Below, in pieces: positions 40,055 to 49,304 of a stretch of DNA of 64,000 bases (its first letter is position 1; each line of letters starts with the position of its first letter). Under the pieces are notes generated by a model that was not told the origin of the DNA, ran no database searches, and was given only the letters and a program-made list of their open reading frames with translations. This DNA is from an uncultured delta proteobacterium (GTDB taxonomy: Bacteria; Myxococcota; Myxococcia; SLRQ01). The stretch is from positions 288,001 through 352,000 of the forward strand of contig CAVSGM010000002.1 in the NCBI GenBank assembly GCA_963727485.1, given 5' to 3'. The position numbers were made by a program, and so were the translations under genes.

Positions 40055-40705
40055 ATGCGCCGCCTCTACGACTGGACCCTCCACTGGGCCGGGACGCCCC
40101 AGGCGGTGCCCGCCCTGGCGCTCCTGGCCATCGCCGAGGCGTCGTTCTTCCCCCTGCCGCCGGACGTCCTGCTCATCGCCATGGCGCTGGCCCGGCCCAG
40201 GAAGGGCTTCTACTACGCAGGCGTGGCCACCGGGGCCTCGGTCCTCGGCGGGCTCGGGGGCTACGGCATCGGCATCGGGCTCATGGACGCCGTGGGCTGC
40301 CACCTGGTGAGCCTCTACCACGGCCAGGCCACCTTCGACTGGCTCGCCGGCCAGTTCACCCACTACGGGTTCTGGGCGGTCTTCGTCGCCGCGGTCACCC
40401 CGATCCCGTACAAGATCTTCACCATCACCGCCGGGGCGGTGCACATGCACCTGGCGACCTTCCTCGCCGCGAGCATCCTCGGGCGGCCGGTGCGCTTCTT
40501 CGCCCTGGCGACGCTGATCTTCTTCGTGGGGCAGCCGGTGAAGCGCTTCATCGAGAAGTACTTCAACCTGCTCTCGGTGGCCTTCGTGGTGCTCCTGGTC
40601 GCGGGGTTCGCGGCCTTCAGGCTCGTGGGACACGGGAGCTCGGCGGCGAAGGCCGGCGCGACCCGGCGGGCGAGCGCCTACGTGAAGATCTGCAGCGGCG
40701 GGTAG
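40055..40705 (+). CDS. YqaA/DedA (VTT) family membrane protein
   Basis: EASFFPLPPD, TPIPYKIFTI, GRPVRFF; possible upstream AUC start at 40019. Confidence 0.9.
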   Translation: MRRLYDWTLHWAGTPQAVPALALLAIAEASFFPLPPDVLLIAMALARPRKGFYYAGVATGASVLGGLGGYGIGIGLMDAVGCHLVSLYHGQATFDWLAGQFTHYGFWAVFVAAVTPIPYKIFTITAGAVHMHLATFLAASILGRPVRFFALATLIFFVGQPVKRFIEKYFNLLSVAFVVLLVAGFAAFRLVGHGSSAAKAGATRRASAYVKICSGG

Positions 40706-40784
40706 GCCGGGGCCGCCGCCTGGCCGCGGCGCCCAAGGGCACAAGCCCGTGCCGAATTTGGCCGAGTGGTCTAGAGTGCCCGCC

Positions 40785-41300
40785 ATGGACCGCATCAAGG
40801 CGCTCATCCGCGACGTGCCCGACTTCCCCCGGGAGGGCATCCTCTTCAAGGACATCACCCCGGTGCTCTCGGATCCCGAGGCCTTCCGGGCGGTGGTCTC
40901 GGCGATCCAGGACCGCTACGCCGACGCCGGCATCGACAAGGTCGTGGGTATCGAGGCCCGGGGCTTCATCTTCGGCGCCGCGGTCTCCCACGGCCTCGGG
41001 GCGGGCTTCGTCCCGGTGCGCAAGCCCGGCAAGCTGCCCTACCAGACCGACCGGGTGAGCTACGAGCTCGAGTACGGGAGCGACAGCCTGGAGATGCACG
41101 CCGACGCCATCGCCAAGGGCGAGCGGGTCCTGGTGGTCGACGACCTGCTGGCCACCGGCGGCACCGCCTCGGCCACCGATCGGCTGGTGACGGGGCAGGG
41201 CGGCGAGGTGGTGAGCTTCGCCTTCGTCATCGAGCTCGGATTCCTCGGCGGCCGGGGCCGCCTCGGCGAGGACCGGGTCTTCTCCCTGGTCCAGTACTGA
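40785..41300 (+). CDS. apt: adenine phosphoribosyltransferase
   Basis: PDFPREGILFKDIT, EARGF, RKPGKLP, VDDLLATGGT. Confidence 0.98.
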   Translation: MDRIKALIRDVPDFPREGILFKDITPVLSDPEAFRAVVSAIQDRYADAGIDKVVGIEARGFIFGAAVSHGLGAGFVPVRKPGKLPYQTDRVSYELEYGSDSLEMHADAIAKGERVLVVDDLLATGGTASATDRLVTGQGGEVVSFAFVIELGFLGGRGRLGEDRVFSLVQY

Positions 41301-41319
41301 CCCGCCGGTCTGCGGCGGG
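41301..41319. terminator. hairpin between convergent apt and tRNA-Arg
   Basis: CCCGCCG-GTCTG-CGGCGGG. Confidence 0.4.
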
Positions 41320-41324
41320 CGGAT

Positions 41325-41401
<77 letters not shown>

Positions 41402-41457
41402 GTGCGCGGCCTGTCTACCGGCTCCGGGGAGCGGGCGCAAGCGCCAGGGAGGACCCG

Positions 41458-42750
41458 GTGGACCCGGCAGGCCTGAAGACCCGCGACGTGCCTCCGGAGG
41501 TCCTCGAGGTCCTGGGCCGCCTCGGGGACGTCGGGCACGAGGCGTACCTGGTGGGCGGGGCCGTGCGCGACCTGCTCCTCGGCGGGCCCCGGCACCGGAC
41601 GGCGGACTGGGACGTGGCCACCTCGGCGCCCCCGGAGGCGGTCATCGACGCCTTCCCCAAGGTGGTGCCCACCGGCCTCGCCCACGGGACGGTCACGGTG
41701 GTCACCCCCGGCGGCGAGCCCGTGGAGGTCACCACCTACCGGGGCGAGGCGGGCTACAGCGACGGCCGGCGCCCGGACGCGGTGGTCTTCCTCGAGGACA
41801 TCGACGCCGACCTCGGCCGCCGGGACTTCACCATCAACGCGCTCGCCTGGAACCCCCTCACCGGCGACTTCCGGGATCCCCACGGCGGCGTCGACGACCT
41901 CCGCGCCGGGCGGGTGCGGGCGGTGGGCGACCCGCTGGCGCGCTTCGCCGAGGACGGGCTCCGGGCGGTGCGGGCGGTGCGCTTCGCCTGCGTCCTGGAG
42001 TTCGCCCTCGACCCGCCCACCGAGGCGGCGATCCCGGCGCGCCTGGAGACGTTCCGGCAGGTGGCGGTGGAGCGGATCCAGCAGGAGCTGGTGAAGCTCC
42101 TCCGGGCGCGCCGGCCCGGGTGGGGCCTCGAGCTCCTCGACCGGACGCGCCTGCGCCAGGAGATCCTCCCGGAGGTGGCGACGAGCCCAGGGCGGCAGGC
42201 GGCCCTGGACGCGAGCCCGGCGACGGACCTCGGGGTCCGCCTCGCGGTGCTCCTCGCCGAGCTCGGGCCCCAGGGGGCCGCGGCGGTGCTGGCGCGCCTC
42301 AAGTTCCCCAAGGCGGTCCAGCGCCGGGTGGCCCTCCTGGTCGCCGAGGCCGACGCCTGGCAGGCGCCCGGGGGCGCCGCGGGCGGGCCCACCGACGCCG
42401 CCCTCCGCCGGTGCCTGGCCCGGGCGGGGCGGGAGGAGGCCTTGGCCCTCGCGGCCCTGTGGCGCGCCCAGGCGGCCGGGGAAGGGGACGGGGCGGCCGC
42501 CACCAGCGCCGCCGCCGAGGCTGGCCGGCGACTGGAGGCCCAGGCGGCCTCGGCGCCGCCCCTCGCCGCCCGGGACCTGGCCCTCTCCGGGGCCGAGATC
42601 ATGGCCCGCCTGGGGCTCGCGCCCGGGCCCGAGGTGGGGCGGGTGGTCACCTGGCTGGTGGAGCGGGTCCTCGACGATCCGGGCCGCAACACCGAGGCCG
42701 GCCTGGGGGGCCTGCTGGCGTCCTGGCAGGCCGACCAGGGTGGCGCCTGA
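41458..42750 (+). CDS. cca: CCA tRNA nucleotidyltransferase / poly(A) polymerase family
   Basis: LVGGAVRDLL, DWDVAT, EVTTYR, DLGRRDFTINA, EDGLRAVRAVRF. Confidence 0.9.
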   Translation: MDPAGLKTRDVPPEVLEVLGRLGDVGHEAYLVGGAVRDLLLGGPRHRTADWDVATSAPPEAVIDAFPKVVPTGLAHGTVTVVTPGGEPVEVTTYRGEAGYSDGRRPDAVVFLEDIDADLGRRDFTINALAWNPLTGDFRDPHGGVDDLRAGRVRAVGDPLARFAEDGLRAVRAVRFACVLEFALDPPTEAAIPARLETFRQVAVERIQQELVKLLRARRPGWGLELLDRTRLRQEILPEVATSPGRQAALDASPATDLGVRLAVLLAELGPQGAAAVLARLKFPKAVQRRVALLVAEADAWQAPGGAAGGPTDAALRRCLARAGREEALALAALWRAQAAGEGDGAAATSAAAEAGRRLEAQAASAPPLAARDLALSGAEIMARLGLAPGPEVGRVVTWLVERVLDDPGRNTEAGLGGLLASWQADQGGA

Positions 42751-42751
42751 C

Positions 42752-42990
42752 GCGTCCACAGGGTTGTCCACAGGGTTCGTGAGGGGCCCCGGCCGGCGGG
42801 CCCAGGACGGGCTTCCGAGGGGTTAGGGGACTCGTTCACAAGCTTGACGATTCCATGAAAAGCTTTTTGAAACAGTAAAGTCCATCAGGAACCTCATGCC
42901 CGTTCGAGGTGAGGTGACCTTTCTCGTCACCCGCCCCGGGCGGCCGCCGCGCGGGCCGCGTGCTGTGGACAACCTGTGGGCCGTCCACAG
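42752..42990. promoter_or_regulatory. DnaA-box cluster flanking an AT-rich segment
   Basis: TTGTCCACA at 42764 (+) and 42964 (-); relaxed boxes at 42752, 42832, 42981; AT-rich 42843-42880. Confidence 0.65.
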
Positions 42991-43006
42991 CCGGCGCTGA
43001 CGTACG

Positions 43007-44296
43007 TCAGCCGAGCTTCCGCCGGAGGATCAGCCGGGACAGGGCCTCGCCGACCTCCTCGGCGACCGCCTCGAGGAGGTCCCTGGGGACGCCCGCTGGG
43101 GGCCCGGGCGCCGGGGCGTCGCCGTAGAGCAGGCAGGCGATCCGGGGCCCGACGTGGACCGGGACCAGGGCGGTCCACACCGGCGCCGGGTCCAGGCGAT
43201 CGAGGAACGGATCCGTGCTCACCGGCGCCGGCGGCGGGGCGAAGTGCGGGGTGCCCGCGGCGGCGACCAGGGCCGGGAGCCCAGGGCCCCCGGTGAGGAG
43301 GCTCAGGTCCGCCAGCGCGGGCGCCAGGGCGCCGTCGGCCTGCCAGGTGGTCACCTCGCCGCCCTTGAGGGCCAGGAGCGCGGCCCGGGGGAGGCAGGCG
43401 CCGACGAAGGCCAGGGCCGCCTCGGCGACCTCGTCCCGGGAGTCGGCGCTGCGGAGCCGGGCGACCGCGAAGTCGAAGTGCTCCCGGATGGCCTCCGCGT
43501 CGAGGGCGGGCGGGGCCTCGGCAGCGGGCGGCGGCGGGGCCTCGGCAGCGGGCGGCGGCGGGGCCTCGGCAGCGGGCGGCGGCGGGGCCTCGGCAGCGGG
43601 CGGCGGCGGGGCCTCGGCAGCGGGCGGCGGCGGGGCCTCGGCAGCGGGCGGCGGCGGGGCCTCGGCGTCGCGCTCCTCGTGGGGCTTCTTGTGCGTGAGC
43701 TCCAGCACCGGCTCGGCGCCGGCGGGGCCGAAGAGCTCGGCGAGCTCCCCGCTGGCGGGCTCGATGATCTCCACGTCCACGTCCAGGTCGCGGAGGGACT
43801 CGGGCACCGGGTCGGCGTCGGGGTGGGGCAGGGGCGGCACCGGCAGGGGCGCCTCGACGTCGAGGATCCCCGGCGGCGGCGCCACCCCGTAGTACCGCTC
43901 GAGGGCCCGGAGCAGGTCGCGGAGGTCCGCGACGAGGGGCCGCACGGGCATCCCCACCCGGCGCGCCAGCTCGGTCCGCGCCGCGGTGTCCCAGGGATCG
44001 GCGAAGGCCACGGCGAGCTCGCCCCCGGCGTCCATCAGGGGCACCACCCGGTGCCGGGCCGCGAGCTCGGCCCCGACCCGGTCGACGATCTCCGGGGGGA
44101 TGGCCTGGAGGAGGGCGGGGCGGGCCACGGGCATGCCCGCCCGGGCGGCGGCCTCGACGACGGTCCGGGGATCGGCACCGCCGGCCACGAGCCGCACCGC
44201 GACCTCGGACGGGGAGGGCTCCCCGGCCTCGGCCCGGGTCCGGTCCGCCGGGGTCACCACCCCGGCGTCCACGAGGACTTCGGCGAGCCGGCTCAT
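43007..44296 (-). CDS. GspE/T2SSE N-terminal (MshEN-like) domain protein with GAF-like C-terminus
   Basis: SRLAEVLVDAGVV, ARHRVVPL..LAVAFADP; Pro-rich linker; no ATPase motifs. Confidence 0.75.
   Translation of the reverse strand: MSRLAEVLVDAGVVTPADRTRAEAGEPSPSEVAVRLVAGGADPRTVVEAAARAGMPVARPALLQAIPPEIVDRVGAELAARHRVVPLMDAGGELAVAFADPWDTAARTELARRVGMPVRPLVADLRDLLRALERYYGVAPPPGILDVEAPLPVPPLPHPDADPVPESLRDLDVDVEIIEPASGELAELFGPAGAEPVLELTHKKPHEERDAEAPPPPAAEAPPPPAAEAPPPPAAEAPPPPAAEAPPPPAAEAPPPPAAEAPPALDAEAIREHFDFAVARLRSADSRDEVAEAALAFVGACLPRAALLALKGGEVTTWQADGALAPALADLSLLTGGPGLPALVAAAGTPHFAPPPAPVSTDPFLDRLDPAPVWTALVPVHVGPRIACLLYGDAPAPGPPAGVPRDLLEAVAEEVGEALSRLILRRKLG
43512..43666. repeat. 24-bp perfect coding tandem repeat, about 6.5 copies
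   Basis: Unit GGGGCCTCGGCAGCGGGCGGCGGC encodes AEAPPPPA on the minus strand. Confidence 0.95.
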
Positions 44297-44406
44297 GGCA
44301 GCGTGCTGATCCCCTTGTACGGACGAGGTTTCGGGTCCACGCTCCCATCTGACGGGTCGCGCGGTCGCCGTGTCAAGGCGTCCCCTCATGGTAGCTTCCC
44401 CCGGTC

Positions 44407-45617
44407 ATGGCGAGGATTCTGCACATTGGCGGTGGGGCGGGCCAGCAGGCCCTGGTCCGGCGCCTCCTCGAGGACGACGGCCACGGGGTGGTGAGCACCG
44501 ACGATCCCCGGGACGGGGTCGCCATCGCCCTGCGGGAGAAGCCGCAGCTCATCCTCCTCGACATGGAGACCACCGGCGTCGACGGCTACGAGGTCGCCGC
44601 CCGGCTCCGGGGGCGCGCCGAGCTCGAGGGGATCCCCATCGTGACCCTCTCCGAGCCCGAGGATCGCGACCTGGCCCTGTCCATCGGCTGCGACGGCTGC
44701 CTCGACAAGCCCCTCGATCCCACCCGCTTCCCCAAGCGGATCCGGGCCTTCCTCCGGGGCAAGCGCGAGCGCATCCGGGGGGCGGTGCAGCGGCGGACCC
44801 TCCAGGCCTACAGCCGCAGCCTGGTGGAGAAGCTCGAGCACAAGGTCGTCGAGCTGACCATCGCCAACCAGCGCCTCCGCCAGGCCGACGAGCTCAAGAA
44901 CCGGGTCTTCGAGAACGTCTCCAGCGAGCTGGCGACGCCGCTCACGCCCCTCCTCGGCTACCTCTCGCTCCTCGACAGCGGGCGGCTCGGGCCCCTCAAC
45001 CGGCGCCAGCGCCGGGCGGTCACGGCGGTCCACCAGCAGGTCCGGCGCCTCACCCGCACCGTCGACCACCTCATCGATCTCGCGAGCCTCCAGGACGCGG
45101 GGATGCCGGTGCAGCGCATCGAGGTCGACGCCTGCCAGGTGGCCCGGGACGCCCGGCTGGCGGTGGGGGCGGCGGCGCGGAGCCGGCGGATCCAGCTCGA
45201 CCTCCACCTCCCCCCCGAGGCCCTGCCGGTGCGCGTCGACGAGGCCCGCCTGCGCCAGGCCGTCGTCCGGCTCCTCGACAACGCCCTGCGCTTCACCCCC
45301 CGGGGGGGCTACGTCCTGGTGGAGGTGGTGGGCGAGGACCGCCACGTGACCGTCTCGGTCTACGACTCCGGCGAGGTGGTCCCCGGCGAGCTCCAGGGCC
45401 AGGCCTTCGAGCCCTTCGCCACCCCCGGCCGCCAGAGCGCCGACGGCATCCCGCGCCCCGATCTCGGCCTCGCCCTGGCGCGCCGGGTCGCCGAGGCCCA
45501 CGGGGGCACCACCACCATCGAGAGCCCCCCCGATCGCACCCTGACAGCCCCCACGACTACCCCGGGGTCAAGGTGAGCCTCATCATCCCCCGGCAGCCAC
45601 CGGCCCCCGGCGCGTGA
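44407..45617 (+). CDS. degenerate REC-HisKA-HATPase hybrid (pseudokinase); apparent -1 frameshift in C run near 45525-45531
   Basis: REC (LLDM, DKP), coiled coil, VSSELATPL H-box without His, LLDNALRFT N-box; restored end GVKVSLIIP. Confidence 0.8.
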
Positions 45618-45661
45618 GGCGCGTTGACGCGCGAGCCCTGGGATAGCTAGATAGGGCCGCC

Positions 45662-46760
45662 GTGCCCAATCGCAGCGACATGCCCCTGGCCCTGGTGGCC
45701 ATGAGCGGCGGCGTCGACTCCTCGGTGGCGGCGGCGATCCTCGCCGCCTCCGGGGATCACGACGTCGCCGGGATCACCCTGCGCCTCGCCGACGACCCCG
45801 ACACCGACGGCGAGCGCGCGCGCCGCACCTGCTGCGCCCCCGACGACGTCGCCGACGCCCGGCGGGTCGCCGCGCGCCTGGGCATCGCCCACTATGTGCT
45901 CGCCTACACCGAGGTCTTCGAGCGCGAGGTGGTCACGCCCTTCGTCGCCGCCTATGCCAGCGGCCGCACCCCCAACCCCTGCGTCCTGTGCAACGCCCGG
46001 GTGAAGTTCGATCCCCTCCTGCGCCGGGCCGAGGGCCTGGGCGCCGAGATCCTCGCCACCGGCCACTACGCCCGGGTCGACCGGGACGCCGCCGGCCGCT
46101 ACCACCTCCGGCGCGCCGCCGATCCGGCCAAGGACCAGAGCTACTTCCTCTACGGCCTCTCCCAGGAGGCCCTGGCCCGGGTGCGCTTCCCCCTCGGCGG
46201 GCTCACCAAGGACGTGGTGCGCCAGCGGGCCCGGGCGCTGGGCCTCGTCACCGCCGACAAGCCCGACAGCCAGGAGATTCTGCTTCGTGGGCCGCCGGGG
46301 CTACGCCGAGGTCGTCGCCCGCCGGGGCGGCGGCCAGCCCCCGGGCGAGGTGGTCCACCTCGACGGCACCGTCCTCGGGCGCCACGAGGGCGTCCACCGC
46401 TACACCGTGGGCCAGCGCCGGGGCCTGGGCATCGCCGCCGCCGAGCCCCTCTACGTGATCGGCGTCGACGCCCGCCGCCGCGAGGTGGTGGTCGGCCCCC
46501 GGGCGGCCCTGGAGCGGTCGCGACTCCGCCTCGACCAGGTCACCTGGGTCGGCGTGCCGCCCACCGCGGATCGCCCGCTCACCGTGCAGGTCCGCCACCG
46601 CCACGCCGGGGTCCCGGGGAGGGTGGCGAACCTCGACGCCGACCGGTGCGAGCTCGATCTCGCCGAGCCGGTCTCGGCGGCGGCGCCGGGGCAGGCGGTG
46701 GTCCTCTACGACGCCGACGAGGTCGTGGGCGGCGGCACCCTGGTGGAGGCCGCGGCATGA
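45662..46760 (+). CDS. mnmA: tRNA 2-thiouridylase (apparent +1 frameshift at 46276-46280)
   Basis: [33 protein letters not shown], restored [23 protein letters not shown]. Confidence 0.96.
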
Positions 46761-47524
46761 CCCCCGAGGAGATCCAGCGCGTCGAGACCCTGGAGGCCCG
46801 GGTGGGCTACGCCTTCCCCGACCGGAGCCTCGCCCTCACCGCGCTCACCCACAAGAGCTGGGTGAACGAGAACCGCGACGCCGGCTGGGAGGACAACGAG
46901 CGCCTGGAGTTCCTCGGTGACGCGGTGGTCGACCTGGCGGTGAGCTGGCGGCTCATGGAGCACCTCCCCGAGGCCCGCGAGGGGGAGATGTCCCGGATCC
47001 GGGCGAGCCTGGTGAGCACCGACGCCCTGGCCCCGGTGGCCCGGGAGCTCGGCCTCGGCGACATCCTCCGCCTGGGCAAGGGCGAGGAGGCCACCGGCGG
47101 CCGCACCAAGCAGAGCCTGCTCGCCAACACCGTGGAGGCGGTGGTGGGGGCCGTCTACCTCGCCGACGGCCTGGGGCCGGTGATGGACTTCGTCGACCGC
47201 TTCCTCCTCTCACGCCTCGACCTCTCGGCGCCCCTGGGGAGCGTCCGGGACTACAAGACCCGGCTCCAGGAGCAGGCCCAGGCCCAGCTCTCGGCGGTGC
47301 CCCGGTACAAGATCGTCGGCGAGAACGGCCCCGACCACGCGAAGGTCTTCGAGGTCGCCGTGGTCATCGGCGGCAAGCCCCACGGCCGGGGCACGGGCCG
47401 GAGCAAGAAGGAGGCGGAGCAGGCGGCGGCGAGGCAGGCCCTCACCGCCCTCGCCGAGGCGCCCGAGCCCGCCGATGCCCCCACGGCCGCCGACCCCGAC
47501 GCCCCCAAGGAGCCCACCCCATGA
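46757..47524 (+). CDS. rnc: ribonuclease III
   Basis: [35 protein letters not shown]. Confidence 0.97.
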   Translation: MTPEEIQRVETLEARVGYAFPDRSLALTALTHKSWVNENRDAGWEDNERLEFLGDAVVDLAVSWRLMEHLPEAREGEMSRIRASLVSTDALAPVARELGLGDILRLGKGEEATGGRTKQSLLANTVEAVVGAVYLADGLGPVMDFVDRFLLSRLDLSAPLGSVRDYKTRLQEQAQAQLSAVPRYKIVGENGPDHAKVFEVAVVIGGKPHGRGTGRSKKEAEQAAARQALTALAEAPEPADAPTAADPDAPKEPTP

Positions 47525-48285
47525 GCCACCCCCGGATCCCCACCGCCCTCGCCCTGCTCCTCGCCACCACCCTGCTGGCCGGCTGCCCCCCCAAGCCGGG
47601 GGCCAAGGGCACCGACGCCGGGACCGCCAAGGCCACGCCCGCCGCCGACGCCGGCGCGGTCGCCGCCAACTCCGGGAAGGCCGCCCCCGACGCCGGGACC
47701 GCCGAGGTCAAGCTGGGCCCGCCGACCCTGACCCCCGAGGCGCTCGTCCCGGGCAAGGGCAAGCTCTACGCCGTCCTCGACACCTCCATGGGGAAGATCG
47801 TCTGCGTCCTCTTCGAGAAGGCCGCGCCCCTGGCGGTGGCCAACTTCGTCGCCCTCGCCACCGGGCAGCAGACCTACCGTGACCCGCGCACCGACGCGGT
47901 GACCAAGGGCCGCTACTACGACGGGACCATCTTCCACCGGGTGATCCCCAAGTTCATGATCCAGGGCGGCGACCCCACGGGCACCGGCGTGGGCAACCCG
48001 GGTTACGTGTTCAAGGACGAGAAGGAGAAGCTCACCTTCAACCGCACGGGGCGCCTGGCCATGGCGAACTCGGGGCCCAACACCAACGGCTCCCAGTTCT
48101 TCATCACCGACTCCAAGCCGACCTACCTGAACCACCACTACACGATCTTCGGCCAGGTCCTCTCGGGGCAGCAGGTGGTCAAGGCCATCAGCCACGTGAA
48201 GACCGGCTTCGGCAACCGGCCGGTGACCCCCGTGACCCTCAAGCACGTGAAGATCGTCCGGGCGGCCCACCCGCCGAAGCCCTGA
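47521..48285 (+). CDS. cyclophilin-type PPIase lipoprotein
   Basis: Lipobox [38 protein letters not shown]. Confidence 0.95.
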   Translation: MSHPRIPTALALLLATTLLAGCPPKPGAKGTDAGTAKATPAADAGAVAANSGKAAPDAGTAEVKLGPPTLTPEALVPGKGKLYAVLDTSMGKIVCVLFEKAAPLAVANFVALATGQQTYRDPRTDAVTKGRYYDGTIFHRVIPKFMIQGGDPTGTGVGNPGYVFKDEKEKLTFNRTGRLAMANSGPNTNGSQFFITDSKPTYLNHHYTIFGQVLSGQQVVKAISHVKTGFGNRPVTPVTLKHVKIVRAAHPPKP

Positions 48286-48308
48286 CCCGGCGCGCCTCGG
48301 AGACCCGC

Positions 48309-49304
48309 ATGACCGACCCTGACGACGCGCCCGAGGTGGGCGAGGACACGCTCCCCGAGGACGCCGAGGGCGACTTCCGGGCGGGCTTCGTGGCCCTCAT
48401 CGGCCAGCCCAACGTGGGCAAGTCCACCTTGCTCAACCGCCTGGTGGGCGAGGCGATCGCCATCGCCACCCCCAAGCCCCAGACCACCCGCAACCGGATC
48501 CTGGGCATCTACAACGACCCCGAGCGGCAGATCGCCTTCCTCGACACCCCGGGGATCCACGCCGGCGGCGGGGGCCTGAACCGGTACATGGTCGACCAGG
48601 CCCTCTCGACCCTCTCGGAGGTCGACGTGGTGCTGCTCCTGGTCGACGCCGCCCGGCGCCTCAAGGGCGCGCGGGAGGACCGGCCCGAGATCGCCGTGGA
48701 CCCGGTGGACCAGGAGATCGTCGGGCACCTGGCGGGGAGCGGGAAGCCCGCGATCCTCGCCCTCAACAAGGTCGACGCCGTGCCCCGGGCCCTGGTCCTG
48801 CCCCTCATCGAGGCCTACAAGGACCTCCACCCCTGGCACGCGGTCTACCCCCTCTCGGCGAAGACCGGGGAGAACGTCGCCGGCCTGCCCGCGGTCCTCG
48901 GCGAGCTGCTGCCCGAGTCGCCGCCGATGTTCCCCCCGGACGTGTTCACCGACCAGGCCGAGCGCTTCCTCGCCGCCGAGTACGTCCGGGAGGCCGTCAT
49001 CCGCCACACCCGCCAGGAGGTCCCCTACGCCACCGCCGTGCAGGTGCTCCTCTTCGACGAGAGCGAGCGCGAGGGCCGCAAGGAGGGCCTGGTGCGCATC
49101 GAGGCCAACGTGGTGGTGGAGCGGGACAGCCAGAAGGCCATCGTCATCGGCAAGGGCGGGTCGATGCTCAAGAAGATCGGCGCCGACGCGCGCAAGCGCC
49201 TGGAGCGCCTCCTCGGAGCCAGGGTGTGGCTCGGCCTCCACGTGCGCGTGGAGAAGGACTGGACGCGGACCCCCAAGGGGCTGCGAAAGCTGGGGTACGA
49301 GTGA
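48309..49304 (+). CDS. era: GTPase Era
   Basis: GQPNVGKSTL, PQTTRN, DTPG, NKVD, QEVPY, IVIGKGG KH domain. Confidence 0.97.
   Translation: MTDPDDAPEVGEDTLPEDAEGDFRAGFVALIGQPNVGKSTLLNRLVGEAIAIATPKPQTTRNRILGIYNDPERQIAFLDTPGIHAGGGGLNRYMVDQALSTLSEVDVVLLLVDAARRLKGAREDRPEIAVDPVDQEIVGHLAGSGKPAILALNKVDAVPRALVLPLIEAYKDLHPWHAVYPLSAKTGENVAGLPAVLGELLPESPPMFPPDVFTDQAERFLAAEYVREAVIRHTRQEVPYATAVQVLLFDESEREGRKEGLVRIEANVVVERDSQKAIVIGKGGSMLKKIGADARKRLERLLGARVWLGLHVRVEKDWTRTPKGLRKLGYE

Noticed and set aside
42752..42990. Calling the DnaA-box cluster the main oriC
   Set aside because: No dnaA/dnaN/parAB nearby, dif is 11 kb away, and ribosomal genes to the left would be head-on to the fork
43512..43666. Possible CRISPR array
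   Set aside because: Head-to-tail repeats without spacers, in frame inside a CDS, no cas genes
45662..47524. Apparent MnmA-RNase III fusion ORF
   Set aside because: Caused by GATTC at 46276; the MnmA C-terminus continues in the next frame and rnc has its own ATG at 46757
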